Shown: positions 30,361-41,630, counted from the stretch's first letter. The stretch is 64,000 nt of DNA from Blastocatellia bacterium (GCA_963765495.1 CAVXWP010000001.1:992001-1056000); one strand, 5' to 3'. The notes: generated by a model from the sequence alone, not told the origin. Numbers and translations are program-made.

Positions 30361-31023
30361 ATGAACAAGATGAGCATGAGAGTGTTGACAGTCTTTGTGT
30401 GCCTGTTTGCCTTCTGGGCAACGCCGGCAACTGAAACGATGGTGAGGGGTGCAAAAACCAGTGCGGCAGTCGCCGCCGCGCAGAACGCGCCCGTAATAAC
30501 CGGCGCCAGTTTGAGGAACAAAAAGCTCATAATAGAGGGCAGCAATTTTGACGCGGCTCCTGTCATATTGATAAACGGCGAAAAGCAGAATACAAAAAAG
30601 AAGATCAAGAAAGTACGCACCGTGCTGATAGCCAAAAAGGGCGGCGACCAGATCGAGCAGCAGGAGCCGGTCACGCTACAGGTGCAAAACTCTGACGGCG
30701 CTATGTCGAACACCTATTCTTTCTTTCAGGGCCGCACTATATCTCAGGAAGACAACGGCAAGACGGTCGAGCTTCAGGTAGGCGAAAGGTTCCAGCTAAA
30801 GCTCGAAACCAGCGACTACTCGTGGACGGTGACCGTCGCTGATCCGGCAATCGTTCAGAAGATTGACAGCGCGCCGACTGTCCCTGATTCCGAGGGTCTG
30901 TACGAAGCTAAACAGAAAGGCCAGACCCGCCTCGATGCCATAGGCGAACTGCCCTGCCATAAATCGAATCCGCCGTGCGATGTGGCCAATCTGGGTTTTT
31001 CCGTGACCCTGGTCGTTCAGTGA
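30361..31023 (+). CDS. secreted protein: Ig/IPT-like domain + chagasin (I42)-like domain
   Basis: Signal peptide; PVITGASLRNKKLIIEGSNF; ISQEDNGKTVELQVGERFQLKL...YSW. Confidence 0.6.
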   Translation: MNKMSMRVLTVFVCLFAFWATPATETMVRGAKTSAAVAAAQNAPVITGASLRNKKLIIEGSNFDAAPVILINGEKQNTKKKIKKVRTVLIAKKGGDQIEQQEPVTLQVQNSDGAMSNTYSFFQGRTISQEDNGKTVELQVGERFQLKLETSDYSWTVTVADPAIVQKIDSAPTVPDSEGLYEAKQKGQTRLDAIGELPCHKSNPPCDVANLGFSVTLVVQ

Positions 31024-31106
31024 TTCGCTTTTGATCAAAAGAAGACAACTGGCCGCATGATCCATTGATCGTGCGGCCAGTCTTTTCAGATAAGATAAAG
31101 GAGACA

Positions 31107-32552
31107 ATGATGACAGCTTCTCGACAGCCGGACGTGATAGTCCACGACAAATTATTTATTAACGGTGAGTGGGTCACGCCTGCCGGTTCAGGCGTGCTCG
31201 AAGTGACCAACTCGACTACCGAAGAGGTGATGGGGCGCATACCCGAAGGCACGCCCGAAGACATCGACCGCGCCGTTTGCGCAGCCCGCGCCGCGTTCGA
31301 TTCGTGGTCCGAGACTCCCGCCTCAGAGCGCGCCGCATATCTTCAGAAGATTTCCGAAAAGCTTGCCGCCCGCCGCCCGGAGATCGCCGCGATAATCGCA
31401 AGCGAAGTAGGCATGCCGTTGCCGCTTGCGACAGCCGTGCAGGCGGGCCTCCCCGCTATGGTGATGGGATCGTTTGCCGGTCTGTTGAGCGAGTTCTCTT
31501 TCGAAGAACAGGTTGGGAATTCGCTCGTGGTGCGAGAGCCCGTAGGCGTGGTCGGATGCATAACTCCGTGGAATTATCCGCTTCATCAGGTAGTAGCCAA
31601 GATAGCGCCCGCGCTTGCCGCCGGTTGTACTGTGGTGCTGAAGCCAAGCGAAGTCGCTCCGCTCACGGCCTTCATACTGGCCGAGATTATGGACGAAGCC
31701 GGGCTGCCTTCGGGCGTCTTTAATCTTGTCACGGGACTCGGGCCTGTTGTGGGCGAAGCCCTTGCCGCGCACCCCGATGTCGATATGATTTCGTTCACAG
31801 GTTCCACGCGGGCGGGCAAGCGCGTAAGCGAACTGGCCGCGCAGACCGTGAAGCGAGTAGCTCTGGAGCTTGGCGGCAAATCGGCCAACATCATTCTTGA
31901 TGACGCCGATTTCGAAAAGGCGGTCAAGAGCGGAGTCGGCAATTGTTATTTCAACTCGGGCCAGACCTGTTCGGCGCACACTCGCATGCTTGTGCCGAAA
32001 TCTCGACACGATGAGGCGGTCGCAATCGCAAGGGCGACGGCTGAAAGCTTCACGCTCGGAGACCCGCGAGAAGGGCAGGCGAAACTGGGTCCGCTGGTTT
32101 CCAAAGCGCAACAGGAGCGCGTTCGCAACTATATCAGGAAGGGGATAGAAGAAGGCGCGACGCTTGTCACAGGCGGAGCGGAACAACCCGAGGGCCTCGA
32201 GAATGGTTATTTCGTCAGACCCACGGTCTTTGCCGATGTGAGCAACCAGATGACGATTGCGCGCGAAGAGATATTCGGGCCTGTGCTTTCCATCATCCCT
32301 TACGAAGACGAAGATGATGCCGTGCGAATCGCCAACGATACGATTTATGGGCTTGCGGGCGGCGTCTGGTCCTCCGATGTTGAGCGAGCGAAACGCGTCG
32401 CGCGGCGGTTGCGCACGGGCCAGGTAGACATCAACGGCGCGAGTTTCAATCCCGTAGCCCCCTTCGGCGGATACAAGCAATCGGGCAACGGTCGCGAACT
32501 TGGAAAGTATGGTCTGGAAGAATACCTCGAAGTGAAGTCTCTCCAGTTATAA
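31107..32552 (+). CDS. aldehyde dehydrogenase
   Basis: ITPWNYP, FTGST, LELGGKS, NSGQTC, EEIFGPV and PFGGYKQSG. Confidence 0.97.
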   Translation: MMTASRQPDVIVHDKLFINGEWVTPAGSGVLEVTNSTTEEVMGRIPEGTPEDIDRAVCAARAAFDSWSETPASERAAYLQKISEKLAARRPEIAAIIASEVGMPLPLATAVQAGLPAMVMGSFAGLLSEFSFEEQVGNSLVVREPVGVVGCITPWNYPLHQVVAKIAPALAAGCTVVLKPSEVAPLTAFILAEIMDEAGLPSGVFNLVTGLGPVVGEALAAHPDVDMISFTGSTRAGKRVSELAAQTVKRVALELGGKSANIILDDADFEKAVKSGVGNCYFNSGQTCSAHTRMLVPKSRHDEAVAIARATAESFTLGDPREGQAKLGPLVSKAQQERVRNYIRKGIEEGATLVTGGAEQPEGLENGYFVRPTVFADVSNQMTIAREEIFGPVLSIIPYEDEDDAVRIANDTIYGLAGGVWSSDVERAKRVARRLRTGQVDINGASFNPVAPFGGYKQSGNGRELGKYGLEEYLEVKSLQL

Positions 32553-32553
32553 A

Positions 32554-32628
32554 GTGATGTGCGATACGTGATGCGTGATTCGTAAAATTTACTGCCATCT
32601 TCTGTCACGCATCACGTATCACGTATCA
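32554..32628. repeat. TGATRCG-armed element (copy F)
   Basis: gtgatgtgcgatacgtgatgcgtgattcgt...tcacgcatcacgtatcacgtatca, 1 nt after the stop. Confidence 0.8.
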
Positions 32629-32675
32629 AAGATCGCATCATCAATCTGATTCACCGGGCGCAAAAAATCGGCTTG

Positions 32676-32705
32676 TTGACAACCTTTGCCCGCCCTCTAT
32701 ACCAT
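32676..32705 (+). promoter_or_regulatory. cysS sigma70 promoter
   Basis: TTGACA-18-TACCAT. Confidence 0.55.
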
Positions 32706-32740
32706 TCATTTTACTTTTATTCGAAGGCTTGGGAGGTTGA

Positions 32741-34135
32741 ATGCTGAGGTTAAAGAACACATTGACGCGCGCGCTGGAAGATTTTAAACCGCTTGAAGAC
32801 AATCTTGTGCGAATGTACGCGTGCGGGCCTACGGTTTACGATTACGGTCACATAGGCAACTTTCGAACCTTTGTCGCCATAGATTTGCTCCGCCGCTATC
32901 TGAAGTATCTCGGCTATGAAGTGCGCCACGTCATGAATATCACGGATGTGGAAGACAAGATAATCCGTGGAATGCTTGAGTCGGGGAAGAGTCTGGCTGA
33001 GTACACCGAATTTTACACCGAGGCATTTCTTGATGATCTGACCACCCTCAGCATCGAACGCCCCGAACTTATGCCGCGCGCTACGGAACACATCTCTGAG
33101 ATGATTGACATTATGAACCTTCTGGCCGAGCGCGGGCACACATACGAAAGCGAGGGGTCGCTCTATTTCAGCATCTCTTCGCTTCCGGGCTACGGCAAGC
33201 TTTCGGGTCTGAAGCTTGAAGGCAATCTCGCGGGTGCGCGCGTTGACGTGGACGAGTACGAAAAGGCGGATGCGCGCGATTTCGTATTATGGAAGGCCTC
33301 CAAAGCCGAGCACGAGCCGCGCTGGGATTCTCCATTTGGAGAGGGGCGACCGGGCTGGCATCTGGAATGCTCGGCCATGTCGATGAAATACCTCGGCGAA
33401 TCCTTTGACATTCATTGCGGCGGTGTGGATTTGATCTTTCCACATCACGAAAACGAGATAGCGCAATCGGAGGGAGCTACAGGCAAGCCTTTTGTCAAAA
33501 CGTGGTTCCACGCGGAGTTTTTGCTGGTCGAAGGCGAGAAGATGTCGAAGTCGAAGGGGAACTTCTACACCATCCGGCAACTGATCGACCAGGGTTATTC
33601 GGCGATGGCCATACGTTACCTGCTGCTGTCGGTCCCCTATCGCACGCAACTCAACTTCACGCTCGAAGGTTTGCGCGCCGCGGCGAGTTCGCTTGAGCGG
33701 TTAAAGAATTTCCGCCGACGTGTGACGGATTTCGAAGGTGCGAGCGGGTCACGCCCTCGCGTGCAGGATATAATCGCCCGCACCCGTGAAGGGTTTGAGT
33801 CGGGGATGAACGACGACCTCAACACAAGCGGGGCGCTGGCTGCAGTCTTCGATCTTGTGCGCGACATCAACATAGCGCTTGACGCAAATGAGTTTGGCGC
33901 AGACGACCGGCAATCGGTTTTAGGCCTGCTTGGACGCATAGATTCTGTTCTGGGCGTGCTTGGTGAAGTGCAGGCAGAGATGCTCGACCCGGAGATCGAG
34001 GCGAAGATCGAAGAGCGAAACGCGGCCCGTCGCGCCCGCGATTTTGCCCGCGCCGATCAGATAAGAGCGGAGCTTTCCGAGTGCGGCATCATCCTTGAAG
34101 ACACCCCTCAAGGCACTAAATGGAAGCGTAAATAG
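32741..34135 (+). CDS. cysS: cysteine--tRNA ligase
   Basis: CGPTVYDYGHIGN, GRPGWHLECSAM, FPHHENEIAQS and KMSKS. Confidence 0.99.
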   Translation: MLRLKNTLTRALEDFKPLEDNLVRMYACGPTVYDYGHIGNFRTFVAIDLLRRYLKYLGYEVRHVMNITDVEDKIIRGMLESGKSLAEYTEFYTEAFLDDLTTLSIERPELMPRATEHISEMIDIMNLLAERGHTYESEGSLYFSISSLPGYGKLSGLKLEGNLAGARVDVDEYEKADARDFVLWKASKAEHEPRWDSPFGEGRPGWHLECSAMSMKYLGESFDIHCGGVDLIFPHHENEIAQSEGATGKPFVKTWFHAEFLLVEGEKMSKSKGNFYTIRQLIDQGYSAMAIRYLLLSVPYRTQLNFTLEGLRAAASSLERLKNFRRRVTDFEGASGSRPRVQDIIARTREGFESGMNDDLNTSGALAAVFDLVRDINIALDANEFGADDRQSVLGLLGRIDSVLGVLGEVQAEMLDPEIEAKIEERNAARRARDFARADQIRAELSECGIILEDTPQGTKWKRK

Positions 34136-34137
34136 AA

Positions 34138-34211
34138 GACAGGATGGACAGGATTAAAAGAGATTATCAAGACTCATCTCGATAATCTCTTTTAATCCTG
34201 TCCATCCTGTC
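34138..34211. repeat. perfect 31-bp inverted repeat with GACAGGATK nonamer ends, between convergent cysS and ilvE
   Basis: 34138-34168 is the exact reverse complement of 34181-34211. Confidence 0.9.
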
Positions 34212-34221
34212 AAAGAAGGGG

Positions 34222-35190
34222 TCAAGCCATCTGTGGCTCGGCTTGCGGGGCAGGCTTCTTCTCTTCTACGGGCGTGAGCCAGCCGAAACGGTCTTCGCTC
34301 TCGCCTGTGATTATCCCGAAAAACTGTCTCTGAATCTCTTCGGTTAAAGGTCCGCGACGGCCTTCGCCTACCTGCACTTTGTCTACCGAGCGAATGGGCG
34401 TGATCTCTGCGGCGGTGCCTGTGAAGAATACCTCGTCGGCGATGTAGAGCATCTCGCGCGGGATGGCCCGCTCAAGGACGGGTATGTTCATAGCTTCACA
34501 AATCTTTATGATCGAATCTCTGGTAATGCCGGGCAGGATGGTCGAATAAAGCGGCGGCGTCATAACTATGCCGTCCTTGACCAGGAAGATGTTCTCGCCC
34601 GAGCCCTCGCTGATGTAGCCCTGCGGATCAAGGGCTATGCCTTCGATGTAGCCGTTAACAATGGCTTCCATCTTGATGAGTTGCGAGTTCATGTAGTTAG
34701 CGCCCGCCTTGGCCATCGAAGGCATGGTATTTGGCGCGATGCGCGTCCAGCTTGAGACACACACATCAACCCCCTGCTCGATGGCTTCCGGGCCGAGATA
34801 TTTGCCCCACGGCCAGGCGCAGATGTAAGTCTCTACGGGAGCGGGAAAGGGGTTGACTCCGAAATGACCATAACCCCGAAAGATGATCGGGCGCAGGTAA
34901 CACTCTTTGTAATCATTGACAGGGACTATTTCCCGACACACCTGTTTTAGCTCGTCGTGGCTGTAGGGGGTCTTCATGCGATAGATATGAGCCGAATTCA
35001 GCAGACGGTTGAGGTGCTCGTCGAGCCGGAATATCGCGGACCCGCGTTTTGTATTATAGCAACGTATTCCTTCAAAGACGGACGAGCCGTAATTGATTAC
35101 GTGAGACATGACGTGGAGGGTGGCATCTTCCCAGCGAATCAACTCGCCGTTGCGCCACACATACGCTCCGTGTTCGGGTTCTTTATTCAT
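34222..35190 (-). CDS. ilvE: branched-chain amino acid aminotransferase
   Basis: [33 protein letters not shown] and [10 protein letters not shown]. Confidence 0.98.
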   Translation of the reverse strand: MNKEPEHGAYVWRNGELIRWEDATLHVMSHVINYGSSVFEGIRCYNTKRGSAIFRLDEHLNRLLNSAHIYRMKTPYSHDELKQVCREIVPVNDYKECYLRPIIFRGYGHFGVNPFPAPVETYICAWPWGKYLGPEAIEQGVDVCVSSWTRIAPNTMPSMAKAGANYMNSQLIKMEAIVNGYIEGIALDPQGYISEGSGENIFLVKDGIVMTPPLYSTILPGITRDSIIKICEAMNIPVLERAIPREMLYIADEVFFTGTAAEITPIRSVDKVQVGEGRRGPLTEEIQRQFFGIITGESEDRFGWLTPVEEKKPAPQAEPQMA

Positions 35191-35248
35191 ATTCCTGCTC
35201 CTGATTCATTGATAATTTTGCTGTCAGACGGTGTGAATAACAAGAATC

Positions 35249-35277
35249 ATCATACGGACGAGGGCGGGAGCGGTCAA
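35249..35277 (-). promoter_or_regulatory. ilvE sigma70 promoter
   Basis: TTGACC-17-TATGAT. Confidence 0.7.
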
Positions 35278-35317
35278 GTTGATTCCATCTGACGTTCTTG
35301 TCTAAATTGTCGCGGAT

Positions 35318-35854
35318 TCATCCGGTATAACGTGATAAAGCAGTTTCCCATTTGCCCTGCGCCTTGAGTATCAATTCGATCACTTCACGCACCGCGCCGC
35401 GTCCGCCTTTGCGCTTCGTCACCAGATGAGAGAACCTCTTTACCTCTTCGACCGCATCGGCGACCGCCACGGCAAGCCCTGCCCGCCGGAGAATCGGAAT
35501 GTCAACCACATCGTCGCCTACGTAACAGATTTCTTCGTCGGTCAGCGATTCTTCTGTCAGTATGCTTTCATAAGGTTCCAGCTTGACCCATGCCTTTTCG
35601 TGCAGATGAGCGACGCCCAGTTCCTTAGCCCTTCTTCGCACCGCATCAGACTCGCGTCCGCTGATGATCGCGACGCGCAGGCCCGCTCGCGGAGCCATTA
35701 CCATCGCGTGCCCGTCTTTCACATCGAATGTCTTGGTCTCCCCTCCACCGGGCAGCAGGGTTATGAGCCCGTCTGTCAGCACCCCGTCGCAATCGAGTAT
35801 GAGCAGTTTCACTTTGCGGGCGCGCTCGCGCACTTCATCCGGTAATTCGGTCAC
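35318..35854 (-). CDS. kdsC: KDO 8-phosphate phosphatase (HAD C0)
   Basis: DCDGVLTDG, FDVKDG, VGDDVVD and GGRGAVRE. Confidence 0.92.
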   Translation of the reverse strand: MTELPDEVRERARKVKLLILDCDGVLTDGLITLLPGGGETKTFDVKDGHAMVMAPRAGLRVAIISGRESDAVRRRAKELGVAHLHEKAWVKLEPYESILTEESLTDEEICYVGDDVVDIPILRRAGLAVAVADAVEEVKRFSHLVTKRKGGRGAVREVIELILKAQGKWETALSRYTG

Positions 35855-35864
35855 ACGCGCTCCT

Positions 35865-36530
35865 TCATTCGAATAAATCTTTCAACTGATCGAATCGCTC
35901 GATCATCGTGTCGGGTGAAGTCTTGCGCAACTGATCTGCCGTGCGGAAACCGTAGGTGGCGGCGCAGGTGAGCGCCCCCGCGCGCCGCCCCGCATTTACA
36001 TCGTTTTCGCTGTCGCCTATCATCACAGCCTGTTCGGGCGTGCCTCCGAGCCGTTTGATGGCTTCGCTTACGGGTCGCGGATCGGGTTTGCGTTCGGTGA
36101 GTGTATCGCCGCCGATTATGCAGTCGAAGTACTGGGCTATGCCGAAACGTTCAAGAATAATCTCGGTGAAACGCGCCTCTTTGCTTGTGACGACGGCTTT
36201 AGATTTGCCGGAAAAATGCTCGAGCGTCTCCGCGACATTCGGATATAACCCCGTAGTCACAAACATCTGCTCGGCATAATGCTTGTGCATCAGGGCTATG
36301 CCGTCTGCGTGAAGAAATTCATCGGGCGGGCGGCGCTCGGGCTCGGTAGCCGTGAGCGACCTGTAGACCAGCACGCGAACGCCGTCGCCGACAAAACTCG
36401 CGATCAGGTCTTCGGCAAGCGTAGGCCGACCGACCTCTTCAAGCATCAGATTAATAGACCGTGCCAGATCCGCCCTCGAATCTATGAGCGTCCCGTCCAG
36501 ATCGAATAGCATCATTTCGACTAAAGGCAT
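35865..36530 (-). CDS. gph: phosphoglycolate phosphatase-like HAD hydrolase
   Basis: FDLDGTLIDS, GGDTLTERKPDP and MIGDSEND. Confidence 0.85.
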   Translation of the reverse strand: MPLVEMMLFDLDGTLIDSRADLARSINLMLEEVGRPTLAEDLIASFVGDGVRVLVYRSLTATEPERRPPDEFLHADGIALMHKHYAEQMFVTTGLYPNVAETLEHFSGKSKAVVTSKEARFTEIILERFGIAQYFDCIIGGDTLTERKPDPRPVSEAIKRLGGTPEQAVMIGDSENDVNAGRRAGALTCAATYGFRTADQLRKTSPDTMIERFDQLKDLFE

Positions 36531-36534
36531 AATT

Positions 36535-36630
36535 GGGGGTCGGGGGTCGGGGGCCGGGGGCCGGGACTGAGCCAGAGAGCAAAATACCTGTTGGATACTC
36601 TCTGAACACTGGCCCCTGACCCCTGACCCC
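36535..36630. repeat. GGGGYCR-armed palindromic element
   Basis: gggggtcgggggtcgggggccgggggccggg...ggcccctgacccctgacccc. It abuts the acs TAG and ends 4 nt before the gph ATG. Confidence 0.88.
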
Positions 36631-38579
36631 TATTCCTCTTCCTCTCTCAGTTTCTTCAATACCGAAAAGTCTTCGAGCGTCGTGACATCGCCGTGTACTT
36701 CGTCGCCCGTGGCGATTTCGCGAAGCAGGCGGCGCATTATCTTTCCGCTGCGGGTCTTGGGCAGCGCATCGGCAAAGCGTATGTCATCGGGTTTGGCAAG
36801 CGCCCCTATCTCTTTGGCAACCCATTGTCGCAGTTCTTCCTTGAGGCCATCCGTAACCGCCTGGCCCGATTCCAGTGTGACGAACGCCGCGATGGCCTGC
36901 CCCTTCAGGTCGTCCGGGCGAGCGACAACCGCAGCCTCGGCTACCTTGGGATGGGCCACCAGAGCCGATTCTACCTCCATAGTAGAGAGTCTGTGCCCGC
37001 TCACGTTTATCACATCGTCCACGCGGCCGAGTATCCAGAAGTAGCCGTCTTCATCCTTTCGCGCCCCGTCGCCCGCGAAATAGACGCCGGGAATCTCGGA
37101 CCAGTACTGTTGCACGTATCGGTCAGGGTCGCCATAGATCGTACGAAGCATGGAAGGCCACGGGCGCTTGATGACCAGATACCCGCCCGAACCGGGCGCG
37201 ACCGGCTCGCCCTCTTTTGTGACCACATCGGCTACGATGCCGGGAAAGGGGCGCGTGGCCGACCCCGGCTTTGTGGGGATAGCGCCCGGCAGCGGCGTGA
37301 TCATTATCATCCCGGTTTCAGTCTGCCACCACGTGTCTACTATCGGGCAGCGATTGTGGCCGATAACTTCTCGATACCACATCCACGCCTCGGGGTTTAT
37401 CGGTTCTCCAACCGTGCCGAGAAGACGAAGGCTCTTCATCTCGTAGCGGCGCGGCCACTGCTCTCCCCACTTCATAAATGCGCGGATTGCCGTAGGCGCG
37501 GTGTAAAAGATATTGACCTTGTGACGCTCGATTATCTGCCAGAAGCGATCAGGTTCCGGGTAGTTGGGCGCGCCTTCATACATCAGGCTTGTAGCGCCGT
37601 TTTGAAGCGGACCGTAAACAATATAACTGTGCCCCGTGACCCACCCTATGTCGGCCGTGCACCAGTAGATGTCTTCATCCTTGATGTTGAACACCCATTT
37701 GGTGGTCAGATATGTGCCTACGGAGTAGCCGCCGGTTGTATGAACCACGCCCTTCGGCTTGCCCGTGGTGCCCGAGGTGTAGAGTATAAACAGCGGGTGC
37801 TCGGCGTCGAGCGGTTCGGCCTCCGAGCGATCCGAAGCGACGGCCATCAGATCGTGCCACCAGTGATCGCGGCCCTCCTGCATCTCTACATCTGAGCCGG
37901 TTCGTTTGTAAACGACCACGTTCTTGATTGAAGGACACGAAGAAAGCGCCTCGTCAACCGTAGCTTTAAGCGGGATCTCCGAGCCTCGCCGGTAAGCGCC
38001 GTCCTGCGTTATTACGGCGGTGGCTTCGGCGTCGTTGATGCGGTCTACGAGGGCGTTTGCGGAAAAACCTCCGAAGACTATCGAGTGAGGCGCTCCGATG
38101 CGGGCGCAGGCGAGCATCGCGATGGGGAGTTCAGGAACCATGCCCATGTAGATCGCTACGCGGTCGCCGCATTTGATGCCGAGCGACTTCAGGACATTGG
38201 CGAATTTCGAAACCTCACCGAGGAGTTGCTGATAGGTGAGCGTTCTGATTTCGCCCGGCTCGCCTTCCCAGATGATAGCGGCCTTGTTTCTGCGCCATGT
38301 GGCGACGTGGCGGTCCAGGCAGTTGTAAGAGAGATTGATCTGCCCGCCTACGAACCACTTGGCCCAGGGAATCTCCCATTCGAGGACTTTATCCCAGGCG
38401 CGGAACCAGTGAAGCTCGCGCGCCACGCGACCCCAGAACTTTTCCGGGTCGGTTTCGGCTTCGCGCGAGATGCGCTCGTACTCTTCCATGCTCTTGATGT
38501 AGGCCGTTTCGCTGTACTCTCTGGACGGCTCGAAACGACGGGTTTCATTCAAGATAGAATCTATGCTCGACTGCGACAT
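36630..38579 (-). CDS. acs: acetate--CoA ligase
   Basis: [20 protein letters not shown] and [12 protein letters not shown]. Confidence 0.98.
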   Translation of the reverse strand: MSQSSIDSILNETRRFEPSREYSETAYIKSMEEYERISREAETDPEKFWGRVARELHWFRAWDKVLEWEIPWAKWFVGGQINLSYNCLDRHVATWRRNKAAIIWEGEPGEIRTLTYQQLLGEVSKFANVLKSLGIKCGDRVAIYMGMVPELPIAMLACARIGAPHSIVFGGFSANALVDRINDAEATAVITQDGAYRRGSEIPLKATVDEALSSCPSIKNVVVYKRTGSDVEMQEGRDHWWHDLMAVASDRSEAEPLDAEHPLFILYTSGTTGKPKGVVHTTGGYSVGTYLTTKWVFNIKDEDIYWCTADIGWVTGHSYIVYGPLQNGATSLMYEGAPNYPEPDRFWQIIERHKVNIFYTAPTAIRAFMKWGEQWPRRYEMKSLRLLGTVGEPINPEAWMWYREVIGHNRCPIVDTWWQTETGMIMITPLPGAIPTKPGSATRPFPGIVADVVTKEGEPVAPGSGGYLVIKRPWPSMLRTIYGDPDRYVQQYWSEIPGVYFAGDGARKDEDGYFWILGRVDDVINVSGHRLSTMEVESALVAHPKVAEAAVVARPDDLKGQAIAAFVTLESGQAVTDGLKEELRQWVAKEIGALAKPDDIRFADALPKTRSGKIMRRLLREIATGDEVHGDVTTLEDFSVLKKLREEEE

Positions 38580-38654
38580 GCTCAGTAGCCTCCGATAAGA
38601 GATGTGATTGCGGAGATGAAAAGGTATCACATTGGCAGGCAGTGCCTCAATGAC

Positions 38655-38808
38655 GGGGGCCGGGGGTCGGGGGCCGGAGGCCGGTTTTATAAGGATTTTA
38701 ATCGCCTTAAATCAAACTGCATAAGACGGGCAGCGATAATAGCTCACGGATCAGATTTGCGCGCACCTGCTTATTACCGGCCCCCGACCCCTGACCCCCG
38801 GCCCCCGG
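38655..38808. repeat. GGGGYCR-armed palindromic element with a ~92-nt loop
   Basis: gggggccgggggtcgggggccggaggccgg...ccggcccccgacccctgacccccggcccccgg, abutting the TAG at 38809. Confidence 0.88.
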
Positions 38809-40461
38809 CTACTGCCCGGCGCATTTTTGCTCGATAAGGCGTTTGAGCGCCTGGGCATCCTGATCGCTCGGGTCAATCTGAAGCGCCTTTGCGGCGGCGG
38901 CTTGAGCGCCGGGGCAATCGCTCTTGAGTACGCTGATGCGACCGAGAAGCACATGAGCCGCCACAAGTTTCGGGTTCCAGAAGGCGGCAGCCTTGAGCGC
39001 GTTTGTGGCCCGGTCGAAATCGCCTCGCCTTTCATAGATGCGACCCATCAACAGATGCGCCTCATAGTTTTGCGGCGCTACCTGTAAGACCTTGCCTACC
39101 GTGGTGAGCGCCTCTTCATCCCGGCCCGCGAAGAAGGCATTGCGCGCCGCGTCCAACAACTGATCGGCCTGCGCCTGGCCCCCTGCATTTGTCGGCGGAT
39201 TCAGGCGCTCGTCCTGATCGCGTTTGTAGCGATAATAATTTGCCTTGCTGAAGGAGGTCTTCATGCGCCCGATCATCGGCGTGCCTTTTGTCTCCCATTG
39301 AGCGTAGGTCGGAAGCAGCTTCTTTGCCTGATCGGTTGCCGCGCTCGCGCCCGCCTGATCATTGCTTGCGGCGAGCGCCTTGCTCAGGATGTAATAGGAT
39401 TCACCATCCGAAGGCCGCCGCTCGATCTCGTTTTTCAACGTCTCTACCGCGTTTTTATAATCCTTTGCCAGATAGTGAGCGTAGCCGAGATTGAAGAGCG
39501 TGTCCGTGTCTCGCGGAGCCACCTCGGCGGCGGGCTTGAGGTGGTTGACCGCCTCCTCGTATTGCTTCTTTTTCAGCATCAGAACGCCGATGTTGTTGTA
39601 AACCTCATATAGCGGCAGCGTCTTAGAGAGTGTTTGCAATATCTCAAGCGATTTGTCCGTATGGTTCAGCGCGTCCTGAGCCACGCCCAGATAGAATTGC
39701 GCCTCGTCATAACGCGGGCTTTTATCATCCAACTGGCTCAATTGCTGGGCAGCCTGCTCGTAATCTCCTTCCTCAAATCGAAGGCGTCCGACCTCGAAGA
39801 TGGCCGGGGTGTAGGGGCGGCTGGTCTTGTCAGAGAACTCTTTGATCGCGCGTTCCAGAAATTCAATGCGCGCGTCGCGGTCCCGCGTCAGAGTCCCTTT
39901 GATGTAATTTTCGAACGCGCCGATGGGCGCAAGGCTCGCCTGCGTGATTATCTGATCCCGCGAATAAGGAAGGGCCGGGTTGTGTTGATAAAGTATCTCG
40001 TATGCCATCTCTCCCTGGAGCTTTTGCAGATCGATGAGCGGCCCGCCCCGGTTGAATTCGTTTCCCACGAGCCTTCCTTCATTGATATTAACCACGCGGG
40101 CCGTGATCGAAATGGTGCTTTCACGCCCTTCGCCCGCCACGCGATAAGTCCCCATTATCACGAGGTTCGCGCCCGCGCGCTCGGCTATCTTGATCATGGT
40201 CGCTCGCGTGAGAATAGCCGTGGGCGGAAGCCCTTCCTGTTTGTAGGCCACATTGCGCTCGTCGGGGCGGATGGCTACGAGGCCGGGCTTGTCGAGCAGG
40301 TCCGCGAGGTTTGCGGCAAAACTTTCGCCCACCCAGTTGTACTCGGCGCGGCCCGACAAATTTTCAAAAGGCATAGTGACGATTGTGTCGGTCCCGGCCG
40401 CAAGTCCCGTGATTGATGTGATGAGGCAGAGCATTAGGGTTGATAAGATTTGTTTCTTCAT
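38809..40461 (-). CDS. secreted TolB-N/CsgG-like + TPR protein
   Basis: Signal peptide, MPFENLSG..WVGE and many TPRs. Start at 40461 or 40473. Confidence 0.8.
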   Translation of the reverse strand: MKKQILSTLMLCLITSITGLAAGTDTIVTMPFENLSGRAEYNWVGESFAANLADLLDKPGLVAIRPDERNVAYKQEGLPPTAILTRATMIKIAERAGANLVIMGTYRVAGEGRESTISITARVVNINEGRLVGNEFNRGGPLIDLQKLQGEMAYEILYQHNPALPYSRDQIITQASLAPIGAFENYIKGTLTRDRDARIEFLERAIKEFSDKTSRPYTPAIFEVGRLRFEEGDYEQAAQQLSQLDDKSPRYDEAQFYLGVAQDALNHTDKSLEILQTLSKTLPLYEVYNNIGVLMLKKKQYEEAVNHLKPAAEVAPRDTDTLFNLGYAHYLAKDYKNAVETLKNEIERRPSDGESYYILSKALAASNDQAGASAATDQAKKLLPTYAQWETKGTPMIGRMKTSFSKANYYRYKRDQDERLNPPTNAGGQAQADQLLDAARNAFFAGRDEEALTTVGKVLQVAPQNYEAHLLMGRIYERRGDFDRATNALKAAAFWNPKLVAAHVLLGRISVLKSDCPGAQAAAAKALQIDPSDQDAQALKRLIEQKCAGQ

Positions 40462-40635
40462 AAGCATTATCATGAGGGCCGCAAACAGGCCAGGTATCAA
40501 ATAAGTATTGTCACGGTGCAACGCTCGTATTGTCAACGCCGGAGGATTTGAAGGGGTTTGAGATCGCAGGAAATTACTGATCGCTTTATGACTTCGCAAT
40601 GAATCTCCTGAGAATTAAAAGGCCCTGGCTATGCG

Positions 40636-40681
40636 GATTTCAAATCTCCTGACCCCACAAATCTCAAATCTCAAATCTCAG
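40636..40681. repeat. CAAATCT heptamer tract
   Basis: gattttcaaatctc...caaatctcaaatctcaaatctca. Confidence 0.7.
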
Positions 40682-40707
40682 CGGGGGTGCTGCCGCCCGC
40701 GTTACTC

Positions 40708-40716
40708 TGGTATAAT
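40708..40716 (+). promoter_or_regulatory. extended -10 promoter of recO
   Basis: TGGTATAAT 25 nt before the ATG. Confidence 0.6.
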
Positions 40717-40741
40717 TTTGCGGAACGAGGGTTTATCATAA

Positions 40742-41524
40742 ATGCCGTTACATACTACCGAAGCGTTTGTGCTGCGTACTTATTCGCTGGCCGAGGCCGA
40801 CAAGATTTGCATCTTCCTCACACGCGAACTGGGCAAAGTGCGCGGAGTGGCGCACGGCGCGAGAAAGATGAAGAGCCGCTTCGGGTCGGCCCTCGAACCC
40901 TTTACCGAGGTTTCGCTCACTTACTTTCAAAAGGAAGGGCGTGAGCTTATGAGCGTCTCGACCTGCGAGATTACGCGTTCCTTTTTTCACACCGCCGCTC
41001 GCGATGTGGAAACGGCCACCGCGTTCTCTTATATGGCCGAATTGCTTACGGAATTCCTGCCTGACCACGAGGCAAACGAACGGCTTTACAGGCTGGTCGG
41101 GGCTACTCTTGAGGCGCTTGTGGAAGGGCGCAATCTTGAGCGCGTGCTCAGATACTTCGAAACGTGGATGCTCAGGCTTGTGGGCTTTTTCCCCGACACG
41201 TCGCGCTGCGGTGTCTGCGGTGAAACGATAGCCGCCGACCAGTCGGTTTTTCTTACGGTCGAGGGCGCGCCACGTTGTTATGATTGTAGCGGGGGGCGGG
41301 GCACGCCTATAGACAGAGCCTTGCGGAGCGTTATACGAGAACTTTTCCGCGCGCATCCTTCGGCCTTTGCCGAGGCCGGAACTTTGCCCGCGCATCTGGC
41401 CGAGATCGGTGAGATAAACTATCAAATAATCCGGCAGGCGCTTGAACGAGATTTGCGGTCGCGCGTGTTGCTCAAACAACTCAGCGCGGGCACCGAATTT
41501 GCCGCAAAGGTCGCCAAAGACTGA
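40742..41524 (+). CDS. recO: DNA repair protein RecO
   Basis: EADKICIFLTRELGKVRGVAHGARK..SRFGSALEPF, plus a CGVCG...CYDC zinc site. Confidence 0.96.
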   Translation: MPLHTTEAFVLRTYSLAEADKICIFLTRELGKVRGVAHGARKMKSRFGSALEPFTEVSLTYFQKEGRELMSVSTCEITRSFFHTAARDVETATAFSYMAELLTEFLPDHEANERLYRLVGATLEALVEGRNLERVLRYFETWMLRLVGFFPDTSRCGVCGETIAADQSVFLTVEGAPRCYDCSGGRGTPIDRALRSVIRELFRAHPSAFAEAGTLPAHLAEIGEINYQIIRQALERDLRSRVLLKQLSAGTEFAAKVAKD

Positions 41525-41591
41525 AGGCAAAGAGCGCCAAAATAATTCAGGCTGTCTCAGTAGGTCAGGAGTTGATTCTTTTATTCGTGCT

Positions 41592-41630
41592 CATCCGAGA
41601 TTTCAAATTTCAACTTTCAAATCTCAGATG
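41592..41630. repeat. CAAATCT-family palindromic element
   Basis: catccgagattt...aaatctcagatg. Confidence 0.7.

Noticed and set aside
29241-37895. Long antisense ORFs (29241-30278, 31323-32480, 36693-37895)
   Set aside because: They are shadows of well-supported genes on the opposite strand, with no motifs of their own.
40748-41530. 260-aa ORF mirroring recO
   Set aside because: It is an antisense frame with no recognisable features.
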